From positions 1 to 43,395 of the forward strand of contig JAZDNQ010000025.1 of assembly GCA_043799575.1 (NCBI GenBank): a stretch of 43,395 nt of DNA, written 5' to 3'. Source of the DNA: Patescibacteria group bacterium (GTDB lineage Bacteria; Patescibacteriota; Gracilibacteria; JAHISY01). Every line of letters starts with the position of its first letter. Positions within the stretch are counted from its first letter, which is position 1. Below are positions 26,643-37,386 of the stretch, in pieces. The translations under genes and the position numbers were made by a program. Below the pieces are notes generated by a model. The model had not been told where the DNA came from and ran no database searches. It was given only the letters and a program-made list of their open reading frames with translations.

Positions 26643-27499
26643 CCGAAATGGCGCTTGATCAGATTGATCAAGACACCGAGCATCGTGAAGCCGAGCAGCA
26701 CCTCGAAGCCGACGATGATTTTTTCGAAAATCGTGACTGGGACGATGTCACCGTAGCCGAGTGTCGTGAAAGTCGTGATCGAAAAATAAACATAATCGAA
26801 AAAGCCGGTTTTATTCGGATAATGCGCGAACATCGAGCTTGCCGAAAAATAATCAAGTAAGGCATAAACCGCACCAAAAAAAACGATGAAAAACAAAACC
26901 GTGAATCCCCAACGGCCGAGCGAGTGGCCGTAACGCGAAGTCGTGTCGAGGAAAAGATGACCGAAGTGCGCGAGATGCCGACCGGAGAAATAAGCGAAGC
27001 TTTTGCGGAAATGCATTTTGTCCTCGTATGTCCGCTCGAGTGCATCGACGAAACCTTTCTTCTCATAAATCTTTTCGAGAACAATGAAATAGCTATCGAC
27101 CAGTTTGTAAAAAGTTTCGATCTGCGAACGCAAATTCTCCTTCTCCTCCCCGCGTTTCATTTTGAAAAATTTCTTACGGTATTCGCGCTCAGCCGCAAGA
27201 AAATTCTCGCGCATTTTTTTGTAAATATCGCGCGTGTCCTTATTTTCGAATAAAAGATGCTCGCGCAGCATCAGCCGCAGCAAATAGTAGTTGCAAGTCC
27301 CCTGCTCCTCGGCATCATTCGCCTCGGACAGCTTTTTTTGAATCGCGTGCCGCGCATCGGCGAAGCGCTCGTCCTCTTCACGACCCTCGATGAAATGCAG
27401 TGCGCTGTGAAAATCCATTCCGACTGCGACCTCTTTTTCATTGGTCACCGGACGAAAAACTTCGTTTTTATTCGGAAAGTTGAGCGTATTTTGATCCAC
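26639..27499 (-). CDS. two-TM potassium channel with ~190-aa N-terminal cytosolic domain of unknown type
   Basis: Selectivity filter TTLGYGD between two C-terminal TM helices. N-terminal domain not recognised. Confidence 0.75.
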   Translation of the reverse strand: MDQNTLNFPNKNEVFRPVTNEKEVAVGMDFHSALHFIEGREEDERFADARHAIQKKLSEANDAEEQGTCNYYLLRLMLREHLLFENKDTRDIYKKMRENFLAAEREYRKKFFKMKRGEEKENLRSQIETFYKLVDSYFIVLEKIYEKKGFVDALERTYEDKMHFRKSFAYFSGRHLAHFGHLFLDTTSRYGHSLGRWGFTVLFFIVFFGAVYALLDYFSASSMFAHYPNKTGFFDYVYFSITTFTTLGYGDIVPVTIFEKIIVGFEVLLGFTMLGVLINLIKRHFG

Positions 27500-27588
27500 T
27501 TTTTGGTTTGGGTTCGTATTATTTTAACAAAAAAACAAAGAAAAATCAATCAACTTAGTTTGCGCCAAAATACATTAAAATTACATCA

Positions 27589-28314
27589 ATGTTTTTCTTG
27601 AAGCCCTCGCCTGCGAAAATCCAAAACCAGATCGAAAAGCTGCACGTTCACACTCATCAAAAAAAGAATTTCTTCCCTGGTCAGCGTGAGAGCGAAGAAG
27701 TCCAGCTTTCGATCCGCATGCACTGGCTGCAGCGCGCCAGGATTTTTATGTGGTTCTTGATTTTGGGAGTCGCCTCGCCTGGGATAATTTTCATTTTTTT
27801 CGAATACGTCCGGCTACCGGAAAATTATCAAATTGTTCTTAATTTGGTGATTATTTTTTATTTTTTAATGGCTTGGTTGCTGACGTTGATCGAATTTATC
27901 AAAAGTGAATTTACAATCGTGGTCGTGACGAATGAACGCGTCGTCGACATCACCCAAAAAAGTATTTTTGACTGGCAAATCGCCGAGACGAATCTCGACC
28001 GAATTCAAGAAGTCGGCGGCCAGACGCACGGTTTTTGGCTCACTTTTTTCAATGTCGGGCAGCTCGAAATCCAAACTGCGGGCAGCGATATTCCGCTGCT
28101 GATGAATTTCGTAAAGTCGCCGCAAATGACCGCGCGTAAAATTTTGGACGTCCAAAAAGCCAGTCAATCGCGGCGGCGAACGAGCGATTTTGGCAAACGC
28201 GAGAGCGATCAAGTCCAACGCCGCGCTGGAGAGAATTTTGCGGAAGAGGAGCTGCGACAGATGCGCAAAAAAATTGATTCGGAGTCTGGTCGCAAATCCG
28301 GCGATTCGTTGTAA
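27589..28314 (+). CDS. membrane protein with bacterial PH (YdbS/YdbT-like) domain, basic C-terminal tail
   Basis: Two TM helices, then ...TIVVVTNERVVDITQKSIFDWQIAETNLDRIQEV...LEIQTAG..., typical of bPH_2-type proteins (from memory). Confidence 0.45.
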   Translation: MFFLKPSPAKIQNQIEKLHVHTHQKKNFFPGQRESEEVQLSIRMHWLQRARIFMWFLILGVASPGIIFIFFEYVRLPENYQIVLNLVIIFYFLMAWLLTLIEFIKSEFTIVVVTNERVVDITQKSIFDWQIAETNLDRIQEVGGQTHGFWLTFFNVGQLEIQTAGSDIPLLMNFVKSPQMTARKILDVQKASQSRRRTSDFGKRESDQVQRRAGENFAEEELRQMRKKIDSESGRKSGDSL

Positions 28315-28326
28315 AATACAGCCTTT

Positions 28327-29382
28327 ATGAAAATTGTTTTTACTGGCGGCGGCACAGCTGGCCATGTCATCCCGAATCTCGCGATTATCGACGAACTGCA
28401 CAAAATCGCTGGCCACGTCCAAATTTTTTATCTCGGCTCAAAAAATGGCATCGAACGTGAGATTGCTGAGAAAAAAGGGATTGAATTTTACGCGATCGAA
28501 ACCGGTAAATTACGACGCTATCTTGATTGGCAAAACGCGGTCGACGCGGTGCGTATCCCGATCGGCATCACACAATCGATTTATCGACTCGTGAAAATTC
28601 GACCGAATGTCGTTTTTTCGAAAGGTGGATTTGTCGGCGTGCCCGTGTCACTCGCTGCCGCTTTTTTACGCATCCCACTCGTCGTCCACGAATCCGACCT
28701 CTCTCCCGGACTCGCGACACGCCTCACTTCCCGCTTCGCGAAAAAAATTTGTCTCAGTTTTCCGACGACGCGCTCCAACCAAAAGATCCAAATCACCGGG
28801 AATCCGGTTCGACCGCTCGGCGATGTAGAACGCGGGAAAAAGTTTTTGGGGTTTGAAAAAGAAAAACCGATTTTACTAGTCGCCGGCGGATCGAGCGGCG
28901 CCGACTTTTTGAATGAATTACTTGAAAAAAGTTTATTTATTTTGAGTAACAAAATGAATGTCGTCTGGCTCACCGGTCGCGGGAAAAAACCACAGATCGA
29001 TGCGCCGGAGAATGTGCGGATTTTCGAATATCTCGACGCAGAATATCTCGATGTCCTCGCGGCGAGTGATCTCGTCGTGTCTCGTGCCGGCGCAAATGCA
29101 CTTTTCGAAATCGCAGCAGCCGGCAAGCCTAGCGTTTTGATTCCGCTGCCGGCGGAGTCGTCTCGCGGTGACCAGATTGAGAATGCGCATTTTTTCGAGC
29201 AAAATCAGGCGGCGATGGTTTTGCCGCAGGAAAAAGCGAAGGTACACGATTTCGCGAAACTCGCGATTTGGCTTTTGTCGGATGCAGAACGGCTCGCGAA
29301 AATCGGGAAGGCAGCGCAAAAACTCGCCCCGACCGACGCAGCGGAGCGAATTGCTAAAATTATTTTGGATGCGGCAAAATAA
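28327..29382 (+). CDS. murG: undecaprenyldiphospho-muramoylpentapeptide beta-N-acetylglucosaminyltransferase
   Basis: MKIVFTGGGTAGHVIPNLAI, ...GGSSGA..., ...SRAGANALFEIAAAGKPSVLIPLP. 351 aa. Confidence 0.93.
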   Translation: MKIVFTGGGTAGHVIPNLAIIDELHKIAGHVQIFYLGSKNGIEREIAEKKGIEFYAIETGKLRRYLDWQNAVDAVRIPIGITQSIYRLVKIRPNVVFSKGGFVGVPVSLAAAFLRIPLVVHESDLSPGLATRLTSRFAKKICLSFPTTRSNQKIQITGNPVRPLGDVERGKKFLGFEKEKPILLVAGGSSGADFLNELLEKSLFILSNKMNVVWLTGRGKKPQIDAPENVRIFEYLDAEYLDVLAASDLVVSRAGANALFEIAAAGKPSVLIPLPAESSRGDQIENAHFFEQNQAAMVLPQEKAKVHDFAKLAIWLLSDAERLAKIGKAAQKLAPTDAAERIAKIILDAAK

Positions 29383-29485
29383 CTTTTAATTTATGAATTT
29401 TTAATTTTGTAAATAATTTTTAAATTCTAAGTTTTGAAAAATTAAAAATTGAGATTTATTTAAAAATTATAAAATTTAAAGATTT

Positions 29486-30742
29486 ATGAATTTCTCCAAA
29501 AAACTCGATTTTGTCGCCTTTTCGCTCGTCGCAATTCTGTTCACTTTCCTCCCCTTCCACGCTTTTTTGTGGACTTGGTTTCACGCGCATTTTTGGACAG
29601 ACTCGTGGACGATCGTCGTGCAATCGTGGAAAGAAATTTTGGTCGGATTGATCGCTATTTTGGCGGCGGTGAAATTAATTTTCATGCGTAAATTACCGCG
29701 CGACCGCACTTTTTGGCTCGGAACAATTTTCGTAATTTTGGCGCTTTTTTATTTATTTCTCGGTGGAATTTCGGAACAAAAAATTCTCGGGCTGCGTACC
29801 GCGACACTTTTTCTCATCGCATTTTTGGCCGTGCAATTTTTTGATTTCGGCACACGAGCACGCGCGCTTTTCCGCGTAATTTTGTTTTCCGGCGGCGTCG
29901 TAATTTTGTTCGCGCTCGCGCAAAAATTTTTGCTGCCCGCTGATTTTCTGCGCAATTTCGGCTACTCTGAAAATGTTTCGAGCTGGCTGCCCGGCGGCAA
30001 TTTACCGATGTTTCACTTGCTCGGGAATTCCGAAACAATCCGGCTGCAATCGACTTTCGCCGGACCAAATCAACTCGCTGCTTTTTTGCTCGTGCTTTTA
30101 CCGATCGCGTTTTTCGAATTTTGGCGAGGGAAAAAATTGGTGAAATATTTTTTGGCAGCGGAAATTTTGGGCGGAATTTTGGTGCTAATTTTTACTTTTT
30201 CGCGCTCGGCTTGGCTCGGCGCAGCGGCGATTTTTCTCATTTTCGCAGTCGAAATGTGGCGCAAAAATCTGCCCGCGAAATTGCGACAGCGCCTTTTTCT
30301 CGGCGGAATTTTGGCAATTTTGGGCTGCGGAATTTTGTTTTTTGCGAGCGAAAACCGCAGTGAAATTTTTGCGCGGCTCGGATCGACGAGTGAGCACTTC
30401 GCGAAAAGTCTCGCGGCCGGCGAACTAGTTTTGCAAAATCCTTTTGGCTTGGGGTTAGGTCAAACCGCAGGTGTGAGTCAAAGATTCGGCGCAGGTATCA
30501 CACCGGAAAATACTTTTCTCGGCGTCGCGCTCGAGCTCGGCTGGCTCGGCGGAATTTTGTTTTTGGTTTTTTGCGGCGAACTTTTGCATAAATTGAAAAA
30601 CGCCGACTCGCCGCTTTTTTACTCGCTCGTCGGAATTTTGGTCGTCGCGTTTTTTCTACATCCGCTCGAAGACGCACCGACTGCGCTGACCTTATTTTTG
30701 CTCGCCGGGATCAAAGTTGATTCGTCGTCGTCGGATCATTGA
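29486..30742 (+). CDS. O-antigen ligase/polymerase (Wzy_C)-like polytopic membrane protein
   Basis: About 10-12 TM helices with a central FTFSRSAWLGAAAIF motif. 418 aa. Confidence 0.6.
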   Translation: MNFSKKLDFVAFSLVAILFTFLPFHAFLWTWFHAHFWTDSWTIVVQSWKEILVGLIAILAAVKLIFMRKLPRDRTFWLGTIFVILALFYLFLGGISEQKILGLRTATLFLIAFLAVQFFDFGTRARALFRVILFSGGVVILFALAQKFLLPADFLRNFGYSENVSSWLPGGNLPMFHLLGNSETIRLQSTFAGPNQLAAFLLVLLPIAFFEFWRGKKLVKYFLAAEILGGILVLIFTFSRSAWLGAAAIFLIFAVEMWRKNLPAKLRQRLFLGGILAILGCGILFFASENRSEIFARLGSTSEHFAKSLAAGELVLQNPFGLGLGQTAGVSQRFGAGITPENTFLGVALELGWLGGILFLVFCGELLHKLKNADSPLFYSLVGILVVAFFLHPLEDAPTALTLFLLAGIKVDSSSSDH

Positions 30743-31076
30743 CTTGCATCGTGTTCGTCGCAGCATCAGTCGCAGAGCTAGTCGCGACGGAATTGGTTTT
30801 CGTCACGACAGTACGACTATCAACATCTGGAGTTTGAATATCGTCTTTCGAATCATCGACGGCGAGAAATTTCGACAAAAAAATCATCGCGAAAACGGCA
30901 AAAAGCGTGACTCCAAGCGCAAAAAGAAACAGCGTGAAAAATGCGGCTCCCGGAGGCAGAAATTCCTGCGCGAAATAATTGATCGGCTCTTTCCATGCGA
31001 GCGCGACCAAAACACCGAGCGCGAGCCGCGCAAATTCGGCCAAAGTTTTTCTGAATTTTGGGTCAGTGAAATCCAT
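30711..31076 (-). CDS. small two-TM membrane protein (DUF5654-like)
   Basis: LALGVLVALAWKEPINYF resembles the VAALAW motif of that family (from memory). Its 3' end overlaps the previous gene by 32 nt, convergently. Confidence 0.45.
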   Translation of the reverse strand: MDFTDPKFRKTLAEFARLALGVLVALAWKEPINYFAQEFLPPGAAFFTLFLFALGVTLFAVFAMIFLSKFLAVDDSKDDIQTPDVDSRTVVTKTNSVATSSATDAATNTMQVNDPTTTNQL

Positions 31077-31145
31077 TTTTGTTTTTTGAAATCTCGTAAT
31101 TTTAGCACTTTAAGCTCAAAAAAGCAATTTGCTAAACTCATCGAA

Positions 31146-32408
31146 ATGCAAACTACTACTTTGCCCAACGGGCTCCGCATCGTGACGCAAACTTTGCCAG
31201 GAACGGAAGCGATCACCGCACTCGTCCTCGCCGGCGCTGGATCGAGATATGAGACGCGCGCACGCAACGGACTATCGCATTTTCTCGAGCACATGTTTTT
31301 CAAGGGCGGCGAAAAATTCCAAAACACGAAAGAAGTGAGCGAAGCGATCGACGCGATCGGCGGCGAATTCAACGCTTTCACTGGCAAAGAATACGCTGGC
31401 TATTTCGTGAAAGTCGCCGCGAATCACGCGGATACGGCGTTCGATGTTTTGAGTGATATGCTCGTGAGCGCGCGCTTTCCCGCCGAGGAAATTGAGAAAG
31501 AACGCGGCGTGATTTTGGAGGAATACAACATGTACCTCGACACGCCGATGTACCAAGTCGGTTGGGATTTCGAGCGACTGCTTTTCGGCGACCAACCGAT
31601 GGGCTGGGATCAGATCGGGACGCGGGAAAACATTTTGAAATTTCAGCGCGACGATTTTGTGAATTACAAAAACGAGCTTTATCAGCCCGGGAATCTCGTC
31701 GTCGCGGTCGCAGGCAAATGTGAGCACAAAGAAATCGTCGGAAAAGTCGAGCAATTTTTTAATTTCGGGAACGGCAAAAAAGCTTTTGATTGGCAGGCTT
31801 TGGAAAATTTCGAGCCGACCAGCCCGGTGAAAATTCAGAATAAAAAAACCGAGCAGGGACATCTCGTGCTCGGCGTGCGCGGCGTCGCGGCGGAAAATCA
31901 GAATCACTGGGCGCAGCGCATTTTGGCGATTATTCTCGGCGGAAATATGAGCTCGCGGATGTTTTTGAATGTGCGCGAGGCGCAGGGGCTGTGTTATTAC
32001 ATTCGGACGAATACCGATGATTACACCGACGCAGGCGTGGTTTCGACAAGCGCCGGAGTCGATCTGAAAAGATTGCCGAAAGCGGTCAGCGCGATTCGCG
32101 CGGAGTACGAAAAAATCGCCGCGGAAAAAGTCGGCGCGGACGAGCTGAAACGCGCGCAGGAATTTTTGAAAGGCAAACTGACTTTGCGTCTAGAAGACAG
32201 CGAAGAATACGCGCACCTCATCGGCAAGCAATTTTTGCTGTACAAAAAACAGGACGAACTCGAAGAAATTTTCGCGAAAATCGACGCGGTGAATGCGGAG
32301 CAAATCCAAAAACTCGCGCAGCAAATTTTCGTCCCAGGAAAATTCCGCCTCGCCGCGATCGGACCGTTTGAGGGACGAGAGGAAGAACTCTCAGCATTGT
32401 TGAAATAA
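31146..32408 (+). CDS. M16-family (pitrilysin/insulinase-like) zinc peptidase
   Basis: MQTTTLPNGLRIV..., inverted zinc motif HFLEHMFFKG, then ...EEIEKERGVILEE. The track ORF from 30717 is an upstream extension. Confidence 0.88.
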   Translation: MQTTTLPNGLRIVTQTLPGTEAITALVLAGAGSRYETRARNGLSHFLEHMFFKGGEKFQNTKEVSEAIDAIGGEFNAFTGKEYAGYFVKVAANHADTAFDVLSDMLVSARFPAEEIEKERGVILEEYNMYLDTPMYQVGWDFERLLFGDQPMGWDQIGTRENILKFQRDDFVNYKNELYQPGNLVVAVAGKCEHKEIVGKVEQFFNFGNGKKAFDWQALENFEPTSPVKIQNKKTEQGHLVLGVRGVAAENQNHWAQRILAIILGGNMSSRMFLNVREAQGLCYYIRTNTDDYTDAGVVSTSAGVDLKRLPKAVSAIRAEYEKIAAEKVGADELKRAQEFLKGKLTLRLEDSEEYAHLIGKQFLLYKKQDELEEIFAKIDAVNAEQIQKLAQQIFVPGKFRLAAIGPFEGREEELSALLK

Positions 32409-32676
32409 AAAAAGCGGCGCGGCGAACGAAGTGAGCCGCGCATCCCCGCCATTCGAAAAAATTGGGGCGGCAACTTGCGAGCGCGCGTAAGAAAAATTCA
32501 GCGAACAAAGTGAGCAATTGAATTTTTTAGCCCCGAAGGGGTCCCTTTGGGACGCGCGAGCAACCAAGCTCGCCGAATTTTTGAGATCGGCGGGCAGTTT
32601 TTTGTGCTACTTTTTTGCTGTCAAAAAAGTAGCGACACCGAGCTAGAAAAAAAGTGGAATTCCGCGATAGCAAGAA

Positions 32677-34401
32677 TTATTTAATTCGCGTATTCTTCAG
32701 CGCATCCCCCGGCGCGACCATCGGAAAAACATTTTCCTCCGGCTCGATCAAATACTCGACCAAGACCGGGCCTTTTGTCTGTGCGGCTTTTTGGGTAATT
32801 GACAAAGCCTCGGAAATCTTCGCAACTCGAAAAGCTTTGATCCCACATGCCTCAGCCAATTTCACAAAATCCGGATTGAAAAGCGGAGTCGCGGAATAAT
32901 TTTTGTTGTAAAAAAGCTCCTGCCATTGCCGCACCATCCCGAGAAAGCCGTTATTGAAAACCGCTATTTTCAAAGGGATTTTCTCCTGCGCGAGCGTCGT
33001 CAATTCTTGAATATTCATTTGAATCCCGCCGTCGCCGGTGAGACACCACACCGGAATCTTCGGTTGCGCAACTGCCGCACCCATCGCCGCCGGAAGACCG
33101 TAGCCCATCGAGCCGAGACCGCCCGAGGAAAGCAATCGCCCCGGTTTGTGGAATTGGAAATGCATCGCCGCCCACATTTGATTTTGGCCGACGTCGGAAA
33201 CGACAAATGCGTCGGGCGAAGTTTTATTGATCGCGTGAATCACCTCGACGGCTTTCAGTCGTTTCGGCTTTTTAGCTTGGTCAATTTTTAATAATTGCGC
33301 CTCGACTTTCGCGCCGTAAGTCTGAATCTCGGCGAGCCAAGCGGAATGATTTTGACTCGGAATTTGACGATTCAAACTGTCGAGCGCGGCGCGCGCATCC
33401 GCGAGAACCGCCGCGTCCACTTTCACGATTTTGCCGATTTCCGCCGCATCGATGTCGATGTGAATCACTTTCGCTTGCGCGGCAAACTCGGACAATTTAC
33501 CCGTGATCCGATCGTCGAAACGCGCGCCGACCGCGATAATCAAATCGGCGTGCGAGATCGCGAAATTCGCCTCGGGCGAACCGTGCATCCCGAGCATCCC
33601 GAGGTAATTTCGGTGACCAAAAGGAATCGAGGAAATGCCGAGCAAAGTCGCGACAACCGGAACATCGAGCTTTTCAACGAACTTTTGCATCTCGCGGGAC
33701 GCGCCGGAAATCAAAACGCCGTGACCGGAAATCACGACCGGTTTTTTGGCTTTGCGAATCAACTCGAGCGCGCGCACGATTTGCTTTTCTTTGGCTGGTC
33801 CGCGCACGAGATATCCCGGCAAATTAATTTGCGTTTTCGCGTAATCAAAATCAGCGAGCTCGCACTGCGCGTCTTTGGTGACATCGATATGAATCGGCCC
33901 CGGCCGGCCGCTGCGCGCGAGAAAAAAAGCTTCTTTGATCGCAGGCGCGAGATCTTTCGCGCGGGTGATGAGGTAATTGTGTTTCGTGATCGGAAGCGTG
34001 ATGCCGGTAATATCGGCTTCTTGAAATGCGTCTGAGCCGACTAAATTGCTCGGCACCTGTCCGGTGATCGCGACGAGCGGAATCGAATCGAGATAAGCGT
34101 TCGCGATCCCGGTAATGAGATTCGTCGCGCCCGGACCGGACGTCGCGAGACAAACGCCGACTTTTCCCGACGCGCGCGCGTAGCCTTCCGCCGCGAAAGC
34201 CGCACCCTGTTCGTGCCGCGTCAGAATGTGTCGCAGCTTTTTGGAATAATTCGTAAGTGCGTGATACAAGGGTAAAACCTGCCCACCCGGATAACCAAAA
34301 ATCGTGTCGACACCCTCGGCGATCAAACTTTCGAAAACGATCTCGCTACCTGTCTTTTTTCGCACGAAATCAATTCTAACGGCTTGAAATCTTGACTTCA
34401 A
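32677..34401 (-). CDS. ilvB: acetolactate synthase large (catalytic) subunit; start TTG 34401 or GTG 34365
   Basis: TGSEIVFESLIAEGVDTIFGYPGG, GPGATNL, the ThDP motif GDGGIQMNIQELTT...NNGFLGMVRQWQ. 574 aa. Confidence 0.95.
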   Translation of the reverse strand: MKSRFQAVRIDFVRKKTGSEIVFESLIAEGVDTIFGYPGGQVLPLYHALTNYSKKLRHILTRHEQGAAFAAEGYARASGKVGVCLATSGPGATNLITGIANAYLDSIPLVAITGQVPSNLVGSDAFQEADITGITLPITKHNYLITRAKDLAPAIKEAFFLARSGRPGPIHIDVTKDAQCELADFDYAKTQINLPGYLVRGPAKEKQIVRALELIRKAKKPVVISGHGVLISGASREMQKFVEKLDVPVVATLLGISSIPFGHRNYLGMLGMHGSPEANFAISHADLIIAVGARFDDRITGKLSEFAAQAKVIHIDIDAAEIGKIVKVDAAVLADARAALDSLNRQIPSQNHSAWLAEIQTYGAKVEAQLLKIDQAKKPKRLKAVEVIHAINKTSPDAFVVSDVGQNQMWAAMHFQFHKPGRLLSSGGLGSMGYGLPAAMGAAVAQPKIPVWCLTGDGGIQMNIQELTTLAQEKIPLKIAVFNNGFLGMVRQWQELFYNKNYSATPLFNPDFVKLAEACGIKAFRVAKISEALSITQKAAQTKGPVLVEYLIEPEENVFPMVAPGDALKNTRIK

Positions 34402-34445
34402 GACATTAAAATCCAGGTCCGCAAAATCATTTAATTTTTTTTCAA

Positions 34446-34742
34446 ATGTCCAAGATTCAACCAGTCAACGACTACATTTTGATTGAGCCGGAAAAAGCCG
34501 AGGAAAAAACCGCAGGCGGGATTTTCATTCCCGATACAGCGGACAAAGAAAAACCACAAAAGGCGAAAGTCGTCGCGGTCGGCCCGGGCAAAATCGGCGA
34601 CGACAACGAGCGCGTTCCCCTTTCAGTGAAAGCCGGCGACACGATCCTTTATTCGAAATACGGACCGACCGAAGTCAAACTCGGCGCGGACGAATATTTT
34701 TTCATTCAAGAAAGCGACGTGATCGCTGTAATCACGAAATAG
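34446..34742 (+). CDS. groES: co-chaperonin GroES
   Basis: KIQPVNDYILIEP...KTAGGIFIPDTA...KAKVVAVGPG. 98 aa. Confidence 0.95.
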   Translation: MSKIQPVNDYILIEPEKAEEKTAGGIFIPDTADKEKPQKAKVVAVGPGKIGDDNERVPLSVKAGDTILYSKYGPTEVKLGADEYFFIQESDVIAVITK

Positions 34743-34762
34743 TGCTTTTAACTTAAAAAAAT

Positions 34763-35143
34763 ATGCAAGACGATGTTTTTGAAAACGGAAAAATCATTAT
34801 CGGCGAATCCGAAATTTCAGTCAGTGAAATTCAATGGCAGCCGCACCCAAAATTTGAAGGTGTCTGGATGAAGCACTTGATCAAAGGAGATAAAACTGGA
34901 GAGCAAATCAGTTCTCACATTGTTAAATTTGAGCCAGGCAAATTAATCGATACCCATGCACATACTGAGAACCTCGAAGTGCAAGAAGTCATTTCCGGCA
35001 CAGCCAAAGGAATAATCGGAGCAAAAGAAATTAATTACCAGCCCGGCACCATTTTAGTTATCCCGGCCGGAATCCCTCACAAAGTTGTCGCCGGATCAGA
35101 AGGAGTCGTTATCTTGGCGAAATTTACTCCGGCGCTTAATTAA
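34763..35143 (+). CDS. cupin-domain protein (ChrR-like/Cupin_2-type metal site) inserted between groES and groEL
   Basis: PGKLIDTHAHTENLEVQEVISG fits G-x5-HxH-x3,4-E-x6-G, and PGTILVIPAGIPHKV fits the second cupin motif. Gaps of 20 and 21 nt to the flanking genes. Confidence 0.7.
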   Translation: MQDDVFENGKIIIGESEISVSEIQWQPHPKFEGVWMKHLIKGDKTGEQISSHIVKFEPGKLIDTHAHTENLEVQEVISGTAKGIIGAKEINYQPGTILVIPAGIPHKVVAGSEGVVILAKFTPALN

Positions 35144-36808
<1,665 letters not shown>

Positions 36809-36917
36809 TGCGCACAGAGAACTATCCTGCCTCAAGGAAATGAGCAAAGCGAGTCTAAGAATCCCTAAAACTTTCAATCAAAAACCTCTCTACATGAGGG
36901 GCTTTTTCGATCCCAAG

Positions 36918-37376
36918 CTAGCCGAATAAGGATAGAACTAAGCCAAAAATATCAGAGGTCGATTGAGTCGAGCCGTAAATAATTTTGGTCACATTTTGGA
37001 CGATCAGCAGAGAAAGAATAATCACAACCAATCCGGCCAGCGTCCAGGTAATGTGTTTTTTGGCTGAAGTGATCGCATCCTGAGCTCCATGCGCAAGCAC
37101 CAACCGCAAACCTGCGATAACGAGCATCACGACTGCGACGATCGCGGCGAGATCCAATAATCCGCCAAGTAAGTAGAGAATTATTCTTTGCATCCCAGTC
37201 GCTGAATAGGTTTGGGATTCCTGGCCAGAGTCAACGCACCTGGCTGTCCCGATCGGACAAGTGATCTCCAGGCCAGCCTGCTCCGAAGCGTCGATGATGC
37301 CGACTCCGCTCGTGGCGAAAGCCGTCTGGGATAGCAGCGGGAGGAGGAGCGCTAGCGCGAGGAATATTTTTCGCAT
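36918..37376 (-). CDS. small secreted two-helix membrane protein, T4SS-pilin (TrbC/VirB2)-like
   Basis: Signal peptide MRKIFLALALLLPLLSQTAFA. It then has two hydrophobic helices flanking a short polar loop: LAAIVAVVMLVIAGLRLVLAHGAQDAITSAKKHITWTLAGLVVIILSLLIV. Confidence 0.5.
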   Translation of the reverse strand: MRKIFLALALLLPLLSQTAFATSGVGIIDASEQAGLEITCPIGTARCVDSGQESQTYSATGMQRIILYLLGGLLDLAAIVAVVMLVIAGLRLVLAHGAQDAITSAKKHITWTLAGLVVIILSLLIVQNVTKIIYGSTQSTSDIFGLVLSLFG

Positions 37377-37386
37377 TGGAATTTGG

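Noticed and set aside
36809-36917. Strong bidirectional terminator between groEL and the pilin-like gene
   Set aside because: Only a 4-bp CCTC/GAGG stem, flanked by A5 and T5 runs, is visible. It is too weak to annotate with confidence.
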